Assembly: GCA_001949185.1 (NCBI GenBank)
Contig: BDGG01000004.1
Coordinates: 4,373,777 to 4,437,776 of the forward strand
Source of the DNA: Ramazzottius varieornatus
Taxonomy: Eukaryota; Animalia; Tardigrada
Direction of reading: 5' to 3'
Length of the DNA stretch: 64,000 bases
In this document: piece after piece, positions 50,901 to 63,751 of the stretch
Layout: every line of letters starts with the position of its first letter
Numbering within the stretch: the stretch's first letter is position 1
Translations under genes and position numbers: made by a program
Notes under the pieces: generated by a model
The model's input: the letters and a program-made list of their open reading frames with translations, nothing else
The model's database searches: none
What the model was told of the DNA's origin: nothing

Positions 50901-53900
50901 AGTTGGGATCAGCATTGGACGGGTGATTTAGACAGTAAAATACCGAAAACACCGAACGGCTCTCCTAGATCAAGTGAAGCCCAACTCTCAGACGATAATC
51001 TATCAATCGATGTTCTTCCAATCTTGAAAAACCGCTTCGAATGTCGTTCGAGCAGTGGGCCACTAGTGAAGATAGGATTCCCGCACCCACGACCAAGTTG
51101 CCAGTTCTAGCGGTTTTGGGCTTTTGGCAGGTCGCACGAGGCAGCAGCGTTATTTTGATGTTAGGCTGGCTAAATCACCTGGCCAACACTGGCTGGGATA
51201 GCAATCACGAACAGGTGTCAATGCAGAAAATCAGACGAAGAACTCATCAGTGCGAAGTTTTGTGCTGGATACAGAATTTTTACGGCTAATTCGACCAAAC
51301 TGATGATGAAATAGGCTGTTAATTTTATTGCTGACGGCAAGTATGGTTCTGTTGTTACCTTGTTGGACAATAAAAGGCAAAGGTAGAAAATACTGTGTAT
51401 TAGAGTTTTTCTTGTTAAACGTACCACAGTGGAATGCATCTGATGAAAAGCGCCTCAACTTCGCCTCTGTTTATTTACAGCAATCAGTCGTCAATAAACG
51501 AAGGCAGTCCGATCAACGAACCGGTTTACGCGCATGACATTGATATGGAAGATTCTCAACGTTCAATCAGTAAATCGCCGCGGGAAGAAAGCCAGACTTT
51601 CGTTCGCAACGTTCAAGTGCGGCACGCAGCCGAAGAAGAGCCATCGTCGTCGTCTTCTGGCATGTCCACTGTGCAGAAAGCCAGAGCCATCTTTAGTGGT
51701 CGACATGACCCGTCATCTGACGAAGAAGAGGAGATGGTCAAACGACGAAAGATGGACGTGCCTGTGGTTCCCCAACACACTGCCCAAAGCACGACAAGAC
51801 AGCGAGTTGTGCCGGTGGACATGGGCAGTTCCAGAATTTCTGCTCTCAAAAATGCCTTTGAGAATGCGCAAGAGATTGACAGCAAGATTCAGTTCAAGCC
51901 CTCTGGAACAGCCAGGTAATCTTTCAGTTACAACTGCAACGTAAAACTTGTGAAACTTTGTCCTTCTTAAGTTCATATAACGAACGTTAATTTTAGACTG
52001 GGAGACCGGCAAGCGAATAGCGCAAGTTCGTCATCTCAAGTGGTGCACGTTTTTCAAAGGCAGGTACAATGTAAATGTGCGCTACTTGGGATAACGTTCG
52101 TATACGTTTCGTTTGCCAAATAAGTTTTATTGGAAGGTTACTTCATCAAAATCAAATAATTATTTGATCGGAGCGATAGTACAGAACGAAAATTCTGCAC
52201 CTTAATTGGCGGATTTGAATTTGCAGGAAAAGCAGGTCATCGACAAGTTCGGGGTCAAGTTCGAATTCCGACGAGGAACGAAAGAAGCGGTCGAAAGATG
52301 ATCGAAAGAAGCAGAAGACAGAGCAACAAGAAGGGACATCCTCCACGACGGTTCGAACTGTCGAGGAAGAAGGCGGAAACTCGAAGAAGCAATACCTGCG
52401 AAACATCAAGACGACGACCCTGGTCACATCCACCGAGACCAAGACAGTCAAAACTACCGTCTCTCGAAGTCCCTCAAGAGAAGCCTTGTCTGATAAGCTG
52501 TTCATTTTTACGGCTAGTCCCCAGACATCGGTGGTTGAGCCGCCACGACGAGCCTCGGTGGGGAAGGTGCAGTCACCTTTCGTTGAAAGTGACAAGAGGG
52601 GTTCTAAAGAGAGCTTACTTTCCACTTCTTCCGTCGAACCAGCAAGTACAGGGTCGCGGGTGAGAGAACTACGCGCAGGCAAAAGTCCTTCGGTGGAAGG
52701 GCTGAGTAGCGGCTCCGAAGCAGCGTCTCGGTCGGAACGGCTTCCTGTACGGACTGTGGTTGATGTGCCGGTCAAAGCCGAGAAGCCTTCATCGTTGGCA
52801 CTCCGCAAGATTAGTTCCAAGACAGAGTTCGAAGAAACGACCAAGGTGGTCAAACGGACGGTTCTTTCACCCGTCTCTCCCAGCAGGGAAAAGCTCTTGC
52901 AGACAACACTTGTGGAACCGAAACCGACCGAAACTGTAGTAAGGAATGTTGACTTCGAAGATGGTGGGTTCCTTATGGTGAAAAACAACTATAGCTTGAA
53001 GTTGACTCATCGTACTTAATCTTGCAGGTATAAAGCCTGTGATCCGAGCCACTTCGGAAGAAAAGTCCAATTCATTGCCTCAGCGCGTCGTCATCACGCC
53101 TTACAGTTCCTCTTCCAAGCAAGCCTCGGAGATCCCCGAGTCTGACCGAAAAGCCAATCGCATGATCGACTTGTTCGAAAAGGGGGCCAGCAACCCTGAC
53201 CTTTTTACCGAGCAGCTTCCCGAACCAACTGTGCAACGACCAACTAGTCCAGACAGACCGGTCTCCCACATCTCCGTTGCTTCGGCCTTTCCCCTGGCAA
53301 ATGCCGCCACTGCGGCGCGGCCGTTGAACACTTACGAAGATGAAGATATTAAGCTGACGGAACCGGTGTCACAGCGCATCAACCGATATAAGGTAAATAA
53401 AAGAATATTTGCCCATCTTACCCACCATTGTTTTCAGGCACAGAGTTTTGTAAAGTAGATTATAGAATAGTAGTAAAACAAGTTTGTGATTCCAGGAAAT
53501 TGTCTCATCGCCAACTACCGCCACCACTTTACCGTCGTTCGAGCCACCTCACCGTCGACCGGTCAACCCCAACTTTAACGCCTTCGTCACGGAACGTTTC
53601 ATCAAGGAAACGCAGTCACCAACCAGGGAGGAAGTTGGACGCCGCCCCACCGAAACCTCTGTACGGCCTACGGAAGTGAGCTCCCGTCAGCCAACGGAAA
53701 GCTTCGTTCGACCCAGCGAGGTGAGCTGTGCCTTTTTGGGCATCCATGTTCTCGACTACTGATACGCTGCGAATAATATTTCTGTTCTATATTGTTTGCA
53801 TTTTAGGTTGCCTTCGATCGCGATGAGAAGAGTGCTCTGGCGGGTAGTTTCTACAACGTGCCGGTACGATCTGCCGAACGAGCAGCGACACCGACACGGG

Positions 53901-56900
53901 CCGAAGAGAAGCTGTCTGAGAGGGTGGTCGAGACGAAGGTGACGCCAGTGGCAAAGATTGCCAAAGTCCCTTCGGAAGTATTGCAAGTTAGCAAGCAGAA
54001 AATCAAGGCCGACAAGATTCCTCACTTTTCCCCCTTGAGCGACAAACAGTTTGAGTCGAGGCTGTTTACTAAGACCGCTGCCGATAACATGTCGGAGATC
54101 GCCTCCGTCGCGCCCAGTGTCGACCAGGTTGGTGGCAAGATAAAGCTGTTTGAACGCATGCAGGGCATTGGATATGCCAAGCCAGCTGACATGCGCGAAG
54201 TCGAAATCATCTCCGGCCGCGGTGGCAACACGGTCTTTTCAGGCTCCGGTAAACCCGGGGCGCTTTCCAACTTGCTTCCTTTCGAGCGGGAAAAGAAAGC
54301 GGGCCAGAAGAGGGTGACGATTCATGAAGCATCTGCACAGAAGCGTTCGCAGAGTAACACGCCTGTCTATGACGTTCAGATGAGTCCGATCACTTCCGCA
54401 GTCCGTTCTCGTTCGACCACGCCGACCTTCTCGCGGGGCGAGGAAGTGGAAATACACCCGCCAAGAGAACGCCCTTCTTTAGACATTGAACACCGCGCTG
54501 GTCCCAGTGATAGCCAGATAGACTTCATGAATGAATTTGTGCGAGATCTGCATGAGAACAGACAGGCCAGGAGGGATGAGCTACTGCCTGGCCAGAGGGA
54601 TTGGGAAAATCGGGAAGTGCTGGAAGAGACGGTGATGGAGCGTGGTAACGATGGTCGAGTTCGACAATCAGCCAGCCCGAAGCTTCAAAGGGAGAACAGC
54701 CGAGATAACCTACAGCTGGAGTCCTTGTCGGAGCAGGTCCGAAGAGTCGATGCGGGGACGGAAGTCAAGGTCTCCTCTTGGCTGGACGACACGGTCAAGA
54801 GCCCTGAGCGACATATGGAAATGGTCGAAGGCGAAGAGACGGTCATGTTCGGCACAGATGGTCGCTTTGAAAGACATCTAGAAGCGATGGATACACCGTC
54901 CACCGTGACGCATATCCGCGAGGTAAATTTGTACGGCCCAAGCACGAACCTCTAAAGTCATTCTTTAATCGTCACCCCATAGAAAAAGTAGTTTCAAACA
55001 GGAATTGAACAAGACGAGGCAAACAAACTTGACACGATCGTTCTTTCAACTGGCACGCATTTTCCAGCTATTAAAACTGGAAGTATGCGCCACTCGGGAA
55101 AGCAAACTTGTCGAGTCTGATTGCTGAGGTCCCAATGTTCGCCTACAATAATGCCTTTTTGGAAGCGCAACTATGGACCGGTTGGCAACTGATGGATATG
55201 GTGGTGGCTTTGATTTTCAGACTTACATCACGACATCAGAACCCTTCGCCGGTTCGCCAATCGCTGGTCGACAAACGGACACGTTCGTTCGAGAAACGCC
55301 ACCGGGCTCGTATCGGCCCGCCGAAGCAATGAACCGGAAGGACGATGACGAAGAAGCCCAGTCGCTTACACGCGACGTCACTGAGCTCAACGAAGCACCA
55401 CGATCCTTCCGTTGGAGTGCCGAAGTGGAGGAAGCCGTGCCGATCAGGACAAGGGAAGACCGCGACGTGAGACACTTCGTTGGCGTACCTGACCGCGATA
55501 TCTCGGAGCTCAAAAGTGAAGTCACCGGAGGTCAGCTCTAGCTCTCGTTTGATTCATTTCTTCGAACTGTGAACGAATTGAACAAGTTTATTTTGGAATA
55601 ATAATTCTATAATTTTCCGGTGAACGCATTGTAGGTTTGAAACGGCGAGCAATAAGCCAGTCACCGGAAGAACGGTCGCCTCGCCGAAGGGGCGTCGAAA
55701 AGTACGAAGATGTTGTACGAGTGGAGCATCACTCGCCCTCTCGTGAGAGTGTCTCTCGCACCTACTCACCCAGTCCGCAGCAGGAAGCCAAGAAAGAGCC
55801 GATGCGGGAAGTGAGGCGCGACAAGTACGAAGCGGTGACGGTGCAAAGGGTGTCCAGCTCGGAACTGCTGACCGAGACTATCCCCAGTCGGCCAGCCTCA
55901 TCAGTAGAGGTGTACGAGAATGTGCAGTATCAGGTGTCTCCCAGCCCGGTGACTTACAGCGAAGTTTACGCACCGAGCAGCGGTCGTTTCCAGAGGGCCG
56001 AAAGTTCGGAGATCGCTGATCGGTCGGTGGATGGAAGGCGCATGCCCAGGGAATCTAGCGTAGAACGACTAGAAGAAACCGTCGTCAGATCGGTGTCACC
56101 TGCCACCGTGGAAGGTAACAATGCATATTCATAGTCACAATCAATGGGTTGGCAGTCAAGGTTCGGGTTTTCCAATGTTTTGATTTTGTTTTTCAGATGT
56201 CAGGAGCCCTTCTAGCCTACGCGACATTCATCACGAGGTTGGCATGTCTGACCAGCGCATTGAAAGTTTCATCACTAGCCATCGGTCGCGACCGGAAGAA
56301 GATTCGGAAGGAGTTCGTCCTGTGTCGGCAGCTGTCTCCTTCGTCCGAGGTGAAGTTCAACCCGATGAAGGAGTAAAACGTCCTAAAACTGAAAAGTACA
56401 AACATGAGGAAGTGTCGACCTTCCACATTCCTGAACGTGAATTCGAAGGTAATAGACGAGAGAAAAACCTTCGTCGTGCATGAAAAAATGGTATTCATAC
56501 ATTAATTTTTTCGCGAAATTTTGTAGTTCCGTCCATTACACCTACTTACGTCCGGGAAGTCGAGCCGGTTAGCCACGAACGCATCCATGTTCGAGAAGTG
56601 GAACCACTGGAGCGATATTTCGAACGCGTGACGGATGTCGATGCTAAAATTGGCGGTAATTTGAGTCGAATTGTAACTGAGGGTATAAAGGTAAACAATA
56701 GCTGATAATCTTCTCTTATAGGACCGTTTTCCGGGCGCATTCACGCAAGAGAAATCGAGCCGGAATCTCATGAGAACTTTTTCGAAGAAGTGACCAGTAT
56801 TCGTCAGGAGCCGTTTCCCTCGATCGAACATCGGTCCGGTTTCTCTGACCAGGAGTTTGAGGAGGCCGTGTCACAGCCAGTCTTTGTCCGTGACGTCAGC

Positions 56901-59900
56901 GAGACAGACCTGGCTCCCAAACGCCGCAGTTCGGCTACCGTTATCGAAAACCAAGCCGCAGGTATGAATAAGACTCATAACCGACAAGGTCATTTCTTCA
57001 AGTGCCGCGTACGATAAGCCAATAGTTTCGGAAACCTGCGCCACTTGGGAAAACGATCTTGCCGTTTTTGTTATCTAGGTTTCCAAGTAAATATAACGAC
57101 CTTTCAGGCTTCGTGGCCAAACATCGACCGATGGTTTTTCCAGGTGGCGACACCACCACTACCACAGTAGCTGCCGTACCGGAACAGCAATATCCCTGGC
57201 AGACAGCTACGACAACAAGCCCCACGGTTGTTCGGGAGGAAGAAACAGTCCAAACCGGAGATGTGCCAACTCGCGCTATCAACGTTCCCGTCTTTTCAGA
57301 GACAGTTCTTCTGGAACCATCAACCAGCCGACGTAGGCAAGAAGCTTCTACCAGCAGTAGCTCCGAAGGTGTGACAAGCGAGATGACACCGAAAGAACGA
57401 AAGAAGTCTGGCGGCTTCCTGGGCTTGTTCAGTGGCAGTAAGAAAGAAAAGTCGGTCAAGACAGAAACCATTAAAAGCTCCAGCTCCAAGACCACGGAAG
57501 TCTCAATCTCCCAGGCTGCATCGGTAGCAAGTAGACTCTCGGTTACAGATGAACCAAGTGACATGCCAACACAGACTTTTGTGAGAATCGATGATGGGGC
57601 TACCGAGAATAAGTTTAGGGCGGAAGGTGACACTGTCTCAGACTTGCTCTACAAGCCAGAGTTTGTCGAAGACCCAACCGAAGAAAGGTTGCGAGAAATG
57701 CGGTATGGACGAAAGGTCCCCGAAAGCGTCACGCCATTAGCGCGACCTACGCAGACCGTCGTTCATCACGTGGCCCAACCAGATCGTGAAGCGGAAGAAT
57801 ACTTATCCATGCGAGAAAGAAGTGACTTCATCCCTGAACGGCATTTGGAGCAAGTAGAAAGCGAAACAATGGAAGTCACTCGTTTCGAACCGCATCTGGA
57901 AACCACCGAGCCCGACCTGTTGGCCAGGTCTCCCTCTCGTCAAATAACGCAGTCGCCCAGCTTCATACCCTTTGAACAGTCCACCACGACATCTACCACC
58001 ACCACCAAGAAAGTGCCGTCGAAGAAGCCGCTGAAGGTCAAGAAGAGCACGGAAACCTCGGTAACATCGCGCAAGTCCACACCTTCGCCGGTGGCTGGAA
58101 ATGTCGAGATCTTTGAGGAAACTGTTAGTCAAGAACGACCATCGTTCTCACCAGAAAGACAGGAAAGCGTTTACTCGGAATACGCCGGGATACCACGACG
58201 ACCAGTGGAATCAGTCGTTCATCCAGTCGACTTTTCCGATCGCGATATCGAGACCGTCATTGCCACGCATCGCCCTGAACCTTTTCGAAGCTTCCGCGAG
58301 GTAACATACACAAAGTATTATACATTCTATTCCAGAATAGGAGCTCGGAAAACAAACTCGACCAGAGTGGTTTTTCTGATTGGTACACGGGCTTAGCCTA
58401 TAACGTCGAGGGCTTGCTCCACTTGGGAACATAATCTGGCGCAGTTTGCTGGCTTAGCTCCAGAATACTCTTAGTCTTTAAAATTGGCTGTTTTCTCCCG
58501 CGTTTTGATTTCTATAACCCGCACAAATTCTGTTATGGTGGTATCGATACCTAGATTTCCGGGAAGCCGGTTAACCTAGTGTGTCAGATGGAAGACAGCT
58601 CCCGTTAAAATGATGCTACTTTTCCCAGGGGTCCGTGCCCTCTCGAGAGTTGCGTGAAGAGACTGTGGTTGAACAACGGCCTCGAGTGGAATCTCCTTTA
58701 CTGAAAGAGCTGCTTCTTCAGAAGAGCGTGGAGGAAGAACGGGAGGTACCACGAGACAGACCGGAAGGAGTGGCGCACCGGGTTGGACCGCGAGACACGG
58801 CTATCCCTGGCTTGGTGCCGGACCGAAGAGAGAACGTCGAGGAAACAGTAATGGATGAGTGGACCATGAAGGAGGTTGTACCTGAACGACATTTGGAGCA
58901 GCAGCAGACAGTAACGACCACCATACCTCGCTTCGAACCACATATGGAAGCCAGCGAAATGGATGTGCGCGTACGTCCAACCCAAGAAGGTACAAAATTT
59001 AATGAAAAACAAATTAAGCTTTAATAATTGGCTGGTCTTAGCTATAGTGTTATGTTTTGTTAGATGTGACCGCCGAGGAAGAAGCACGTATCCGTGCGCT
59101 AAGAGCCAAGCCGGAAGCACCTGCACGCAGACCTAGCGTCGAAGCGTTTGCCTCCAACATCAGCACTGTCACTACGGTCCAGACAACTAGCGAAAGTCCA
59201 AAGAAAGAAAAGAAGAAGGGCTCCATCTTTGGCATGTTCAAGTCAGGTAAAAAGGAAAGTCGCTCAGAGACCTCTTCCGTCACTTCCACCGTCGTCCGAC
59301 AAGAAGATGTTCAGCATCCATCACAGACTGCGACTTACGTTCGTCAAGTCGAAGAACCATTTATGGTGGAACCCAATCGGTATGGGGAGGAAGAACAGGT
59401 GATCAGAGAACGCCCGGCTGATGTCGAACATCGAAGTGGCCTGTCCGACATGACTGTCGCCAACTCCATTCCTTCTGAGCAGTTCATTGAAGAGACTGTG
59501 GTGCAAAGCCAAGTGGAGAGCAAGCCCAGAGTCAAACCTCGAACCAAGTCACCTCGACAGACGGCAGAAACCTTCTCGGAGGCGGTGATGGTCGTAAAGG
59601 AGTTCGATGAAGGGCAGCTGCAGCCTAAACCGGCTGAAACTTACGTCCGTTACGAAGAACCGGAAGATAGCGCGATGGTTTACGAGGAAGAAATTGTTCC
59701 TCGAGAAAGGCCGCCTGACACTATTCAGCATCGTGTCACCATCAAAGACGACTATGTCGAAACTATGAACTTGCCAGCACGCAGCAGTGAGCAAATGGAA
59801 GAAGTGGTCAAGGTCGAAAGAACCCCCAAAACGGTTGAATCCACGGTTAGCATTTATTTTTTCTCACTTGACCCCATAACTGTCTCTGAATGTGAGCTCG

Positions 59901-62900
59901 GCAAAATCGTTTTTTCAAGTGGCGCACGCTTCCAGTCCATAACACTGGAAACTTGCGCCGCGGGAGTAAACAGTTTAGTCGAGATCGTTTGCCGAGCTCC
60001 CGCATCTTGAAAGATTGTTCATAAAGTGGACTGTGGGATACCTGCAGGTAGTACAGTCAGTGACCACCAAGGAATCCCCGAAGCTGGACGGAGAAGTGCG
60101 CGAAACAGTTATTCCTGAACGCCATGTTGAGCAGCTGGAAAGTATCGATGTGATGACAACAAAGCCACCGGTCTTTGAACGCCATCTAGAGATTATGGAA
60201 ACACCCACCGTTGTCACTCGTTTACACGAGGAAGTGCAAGAAGAAGTTCCACTTTTCGAACAAGTACGTTCCATAGTTCCGACTAGAAAGTACTAACACC
60301 AATGACAACAGATAATTAGCAATCACAACGATACCAAGTCTGACGCGTGAGGTTGGTTGTTTAAAGTGACGCGTGAACTAGGCAAACTCGGCGAAACCGT
60401 GTTTCCAAGTGGCGCACGCTCTTGGTCCATAACGCTGAAAACTTGCGCCTCTAGAGTAAACAGTTTAATCGAGTTCGTTTGCCAAACTCCACGTGTTGAA
60501 TGGTTGTTCTTAAAGTGGAATCTGGAATCTCTGCAGAGAGTACAGTCAGTGACTACGAAGGAGTCCCCGAAACTGCACGAAAAAGTGGAGGAACGCACCT
60601 CTGGTTCGGTGAGCTCAGAGAAGGAGCGAAAGAGATCCAAAGGTGGACTCTTTGGCATGTTCAAGCGAAGAAGCTCCAAAGACCACGAGAGCGCCGAGAG
60701 CAGTTACACGAAGGTAAACACATGCGTACTGGCGAACCAAGTTATACACATAACGGTCGGGGCTATAGTCTCAGTATAGTAGACTTTTCCGCATTGGGGA
60801 GGCCGGTGAAGGAAAAGTATCAGAACTTTATCTTGCATGGCGCACGCTTACAGCCAATAACAATCAAAGCCTGCGCCACTTGAGATAAGGATCTAAATCT
60901 CGTCTGCCGACTTTGATGGATTTCAGTGGGACATTTGAGCGAATTTATCTTGTGTAGGTTACCACCGAAGGTCTACCAGAAGAGACCTTTGTCCGAGAAG
61001 TCGAGATAGCCCCACCGGTTGCAACCCGGGAGTACGTGCGCGAAGTTAGCATAGAGGAGGTGCCACTGGAACGACCGGCCGACGTTGTTCATCACGTCTC
61101 CATGAGCGATCTCGACGCCGAAGAGCTCTACTCTCGTCTAGCGCCTGCCCAAGTCACGCTTTCGGAGGAGACTGTCATCACAACCACTACCATCCCCCAG
61201 CCTGCTTCACCGGTTAGGAAGAGTGTCTCGTTTGAGGAGCCCGAAGAGCTCACTCAGACTTCAACGGAGGTTCGTGAAGTTGGTTCGGCTATGAAAGAGA
61301 AGCCGGAGAAGGAAAAGAAGTCCAAGGGACTCTTTGGCTTCTTCAAGCATGGAAAGGGGGCCAGTGAGAAAGTGCGACATGAGGAAGTGCGAGAAACGGT
61401 AGTTCCTGAACGACACGTGGAACAGGTGGAAAGTATCGATGTGATGACAGCGAAACCACCGGTCTTTGACCGCCACCTGGAGATTATGGAAACGCCCACG
61501 GTTATTACTCATGTGCATGAGGAAGTGCAAGAAGAAGTTCCACTTTTCGAACAAGTACGTTCCTACATTGTAGACTGAAAACCACCAAAGTCAGTGAAAA
61601 TTGACTAATTAATGAACTATTCATGAGAAGCGAACGCGGATGATTTTTGTGTGGGCATGTTGAGGTTGACTGATCGCATCGTTCTTAACGTCGATGCAGT
61701 TGGACTCGAGGTGGTACACAGAAGGGGTGTGATACCAAGGAGGAAATGAAGGCTCGGTTCATCAGCCTTCTACCTGTTCCTCTGAGCTGCACCGGTCCCG
61801 TTAGCGAGCTCAGAGACCCCTTTCTATCGAGAAATAAAAGCAGAAGAGCATGCAGGGTGGAATGGCGGTTGATAAGTTTGCGAGATGCAACGAGCGAATG
61901 AACTTGTGCATTCAGAATGTTCCGTCGAGAAGATTTCATGAACAGGTTCATGCGGGACAATCTCTGCCGGAAAGGAGGAGGAATTAACAGCCGGACATGG
62001 CGAATTACTGGACGGAGTTAGCGAACAAGGAAGTACATTGAGCTGACCAGCAACAGTACGTGTATGCAGTGCACGTGAATATTGTGTCGCATACACGTAC
62101 CAGAACAGTCCAGGAAGAACGCTATGTCCGGTCAAGTAATATGGGAAGTAAAGACGCTTATCATTCAAAAACTAACCAAGATTATCGCTAAAGACAATAT
62201 TTTTCAGTTAGTTATCCAAACAAACATTATGTTTCAAAGTGGAACTGAAACTCAAATACGCGTATCGAAATGGAATTAAATTTTCGAAGAAAAATCACCG
62301 AACTCACAATTAGACGTTAGATATGTGAATGATCCAAAAATGAAATTGCTGTTTGATGTCTTAGGCGGAGGATGAGTTGGTCCCGTTGGAAAGACCATCT
62401 GAGGTGGCGCACAGAACGACAATGTCTGATTGCGAAATTGAAGAGCTGCTGCCAAAGAATGTCGAACTTCTAGAAGAGACGGTGTCGACTGAGCGTACCA
62501 AGGTTCAGAAAGTCAAGCCGGCAGTGATTCTTTCCGTGGAAGATGCGGACGAAACAGAAGGTGAGATGGTACGACGTGAGCAAGTGCGGGAAACGGTACT
62601 TCCCGAACGCCACGTTGAGCAGCTGGAAAGTATCGATGTGATGACAACAAAGCCACCGGCCTTCGAACGCCATCTAGAGATCATGGAAACACCCACCGTT
62701 GTCACTCATTTACACGAGGAAGTACGAGAAGAGGTTCCTACTTTCGAACAGGTGCGATCTCATAATTAAAAATGAACGCCATTAGATATTGACAATGATA
62801 TATAACAATAGTAATAATAATGATATAGTGCTCATGCCTCTAATCCTGACCAAGTCGTTTAAGCGGGACCGAAAATATTGATAAGAGTAAATAGTCGTCG

Positions 62901-63751
62901 AAATAATATATGTTTAGTGTGTAATTAAATTTTCGGAGAAAACGCGGATGAATAATAATTATGTGTACACATGTACTGACCAGCACGCTATTGATCTGAT
63001 AGTTAGGCATCAATACGAGATCATTAACCATTTTGTCTCATAGGAGGTGGAAGAGTTGGTCCCGTTGGGAAGACCATCTGACGTGGCGCACAGCACGGCA
63101 ATGTCCGATCGGGAATTCGAAGAACTGCTCCCAAAGACTGTCGAACTTCTAGAAGAGACGGTGTCGACTGAGCGTACCAAGGTTCAGAAAGTCAAGCCGG
63201 CGATGATTCCTTCGGTGGAAGATGCCGCCGAAACAATGGTGGTACGTTCAAGACAACACATTACGGAGAAAGAGCCCATTGTTGTTACGATCGAAAGCCG
63301 CACACAAGTCAGACCTGTCGGAATAATAAACACAGAAACATTTATACGAGCTGAAGAGTTTGTGGATACACGCCAATCAGTCAAGCAGGTCCCTGTGATC
63401 GAAGAGGACATGGTGCCTCGTGAGAGGCCAGACTTCATACTCGAACACGGGCACAACCTGAGTGATGGCGATTTCGAGCGGATGAGTCAGAGCGTGGAAA
63501 GTGCTAGACCGGCACAAAATGTGCCTGACGAGGAAGCTGGGTATGAGAGTGTGGTGACAACCAGGGTGACGGACAAGGCAACCGATATGGCTACAGTCGC
63601 ATTCGGTGTGTCGGACAAGCACAAGATAATCAAAGATGTCTTTGATGTCCTGCCAGGAGCCGCGATGGCTTCTGCCAAGTTTGTCCCAGGTGTCCCACAG
63701 GAGTTTGTCACTGTGCGAGAAATCGTTACAACGGAAACTCTACCTCGCACG
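44952..63751 (+). CDS. Giant nesprin/MSP-300/ANC-1-type protein: tandem CH actin-binding domain, a few spectrin-like repeats, then long E/V/T/S/P/R-rich repeats; incomplete at the window end
   Basis: ATG 44952 with an upstream in-frame stop. CH1 [70 protein letters not shown]; CH2 [55 protein letters not shown]. Helical exons lie at 47.8-50.2 kb (not all resolved), followed by phase-consistent exons from 51481 to a donor at 63752. Confidence 0.85.

Noticed and set aside
52152-57633. Long minus-strand ORFs (278 aa, 211 aa) and similar antisense ORFs elsewhere
   Set aside because: Shadows of the plus-strand low-complexity exons; the splice signals and repeat motifs support only the plus strand.
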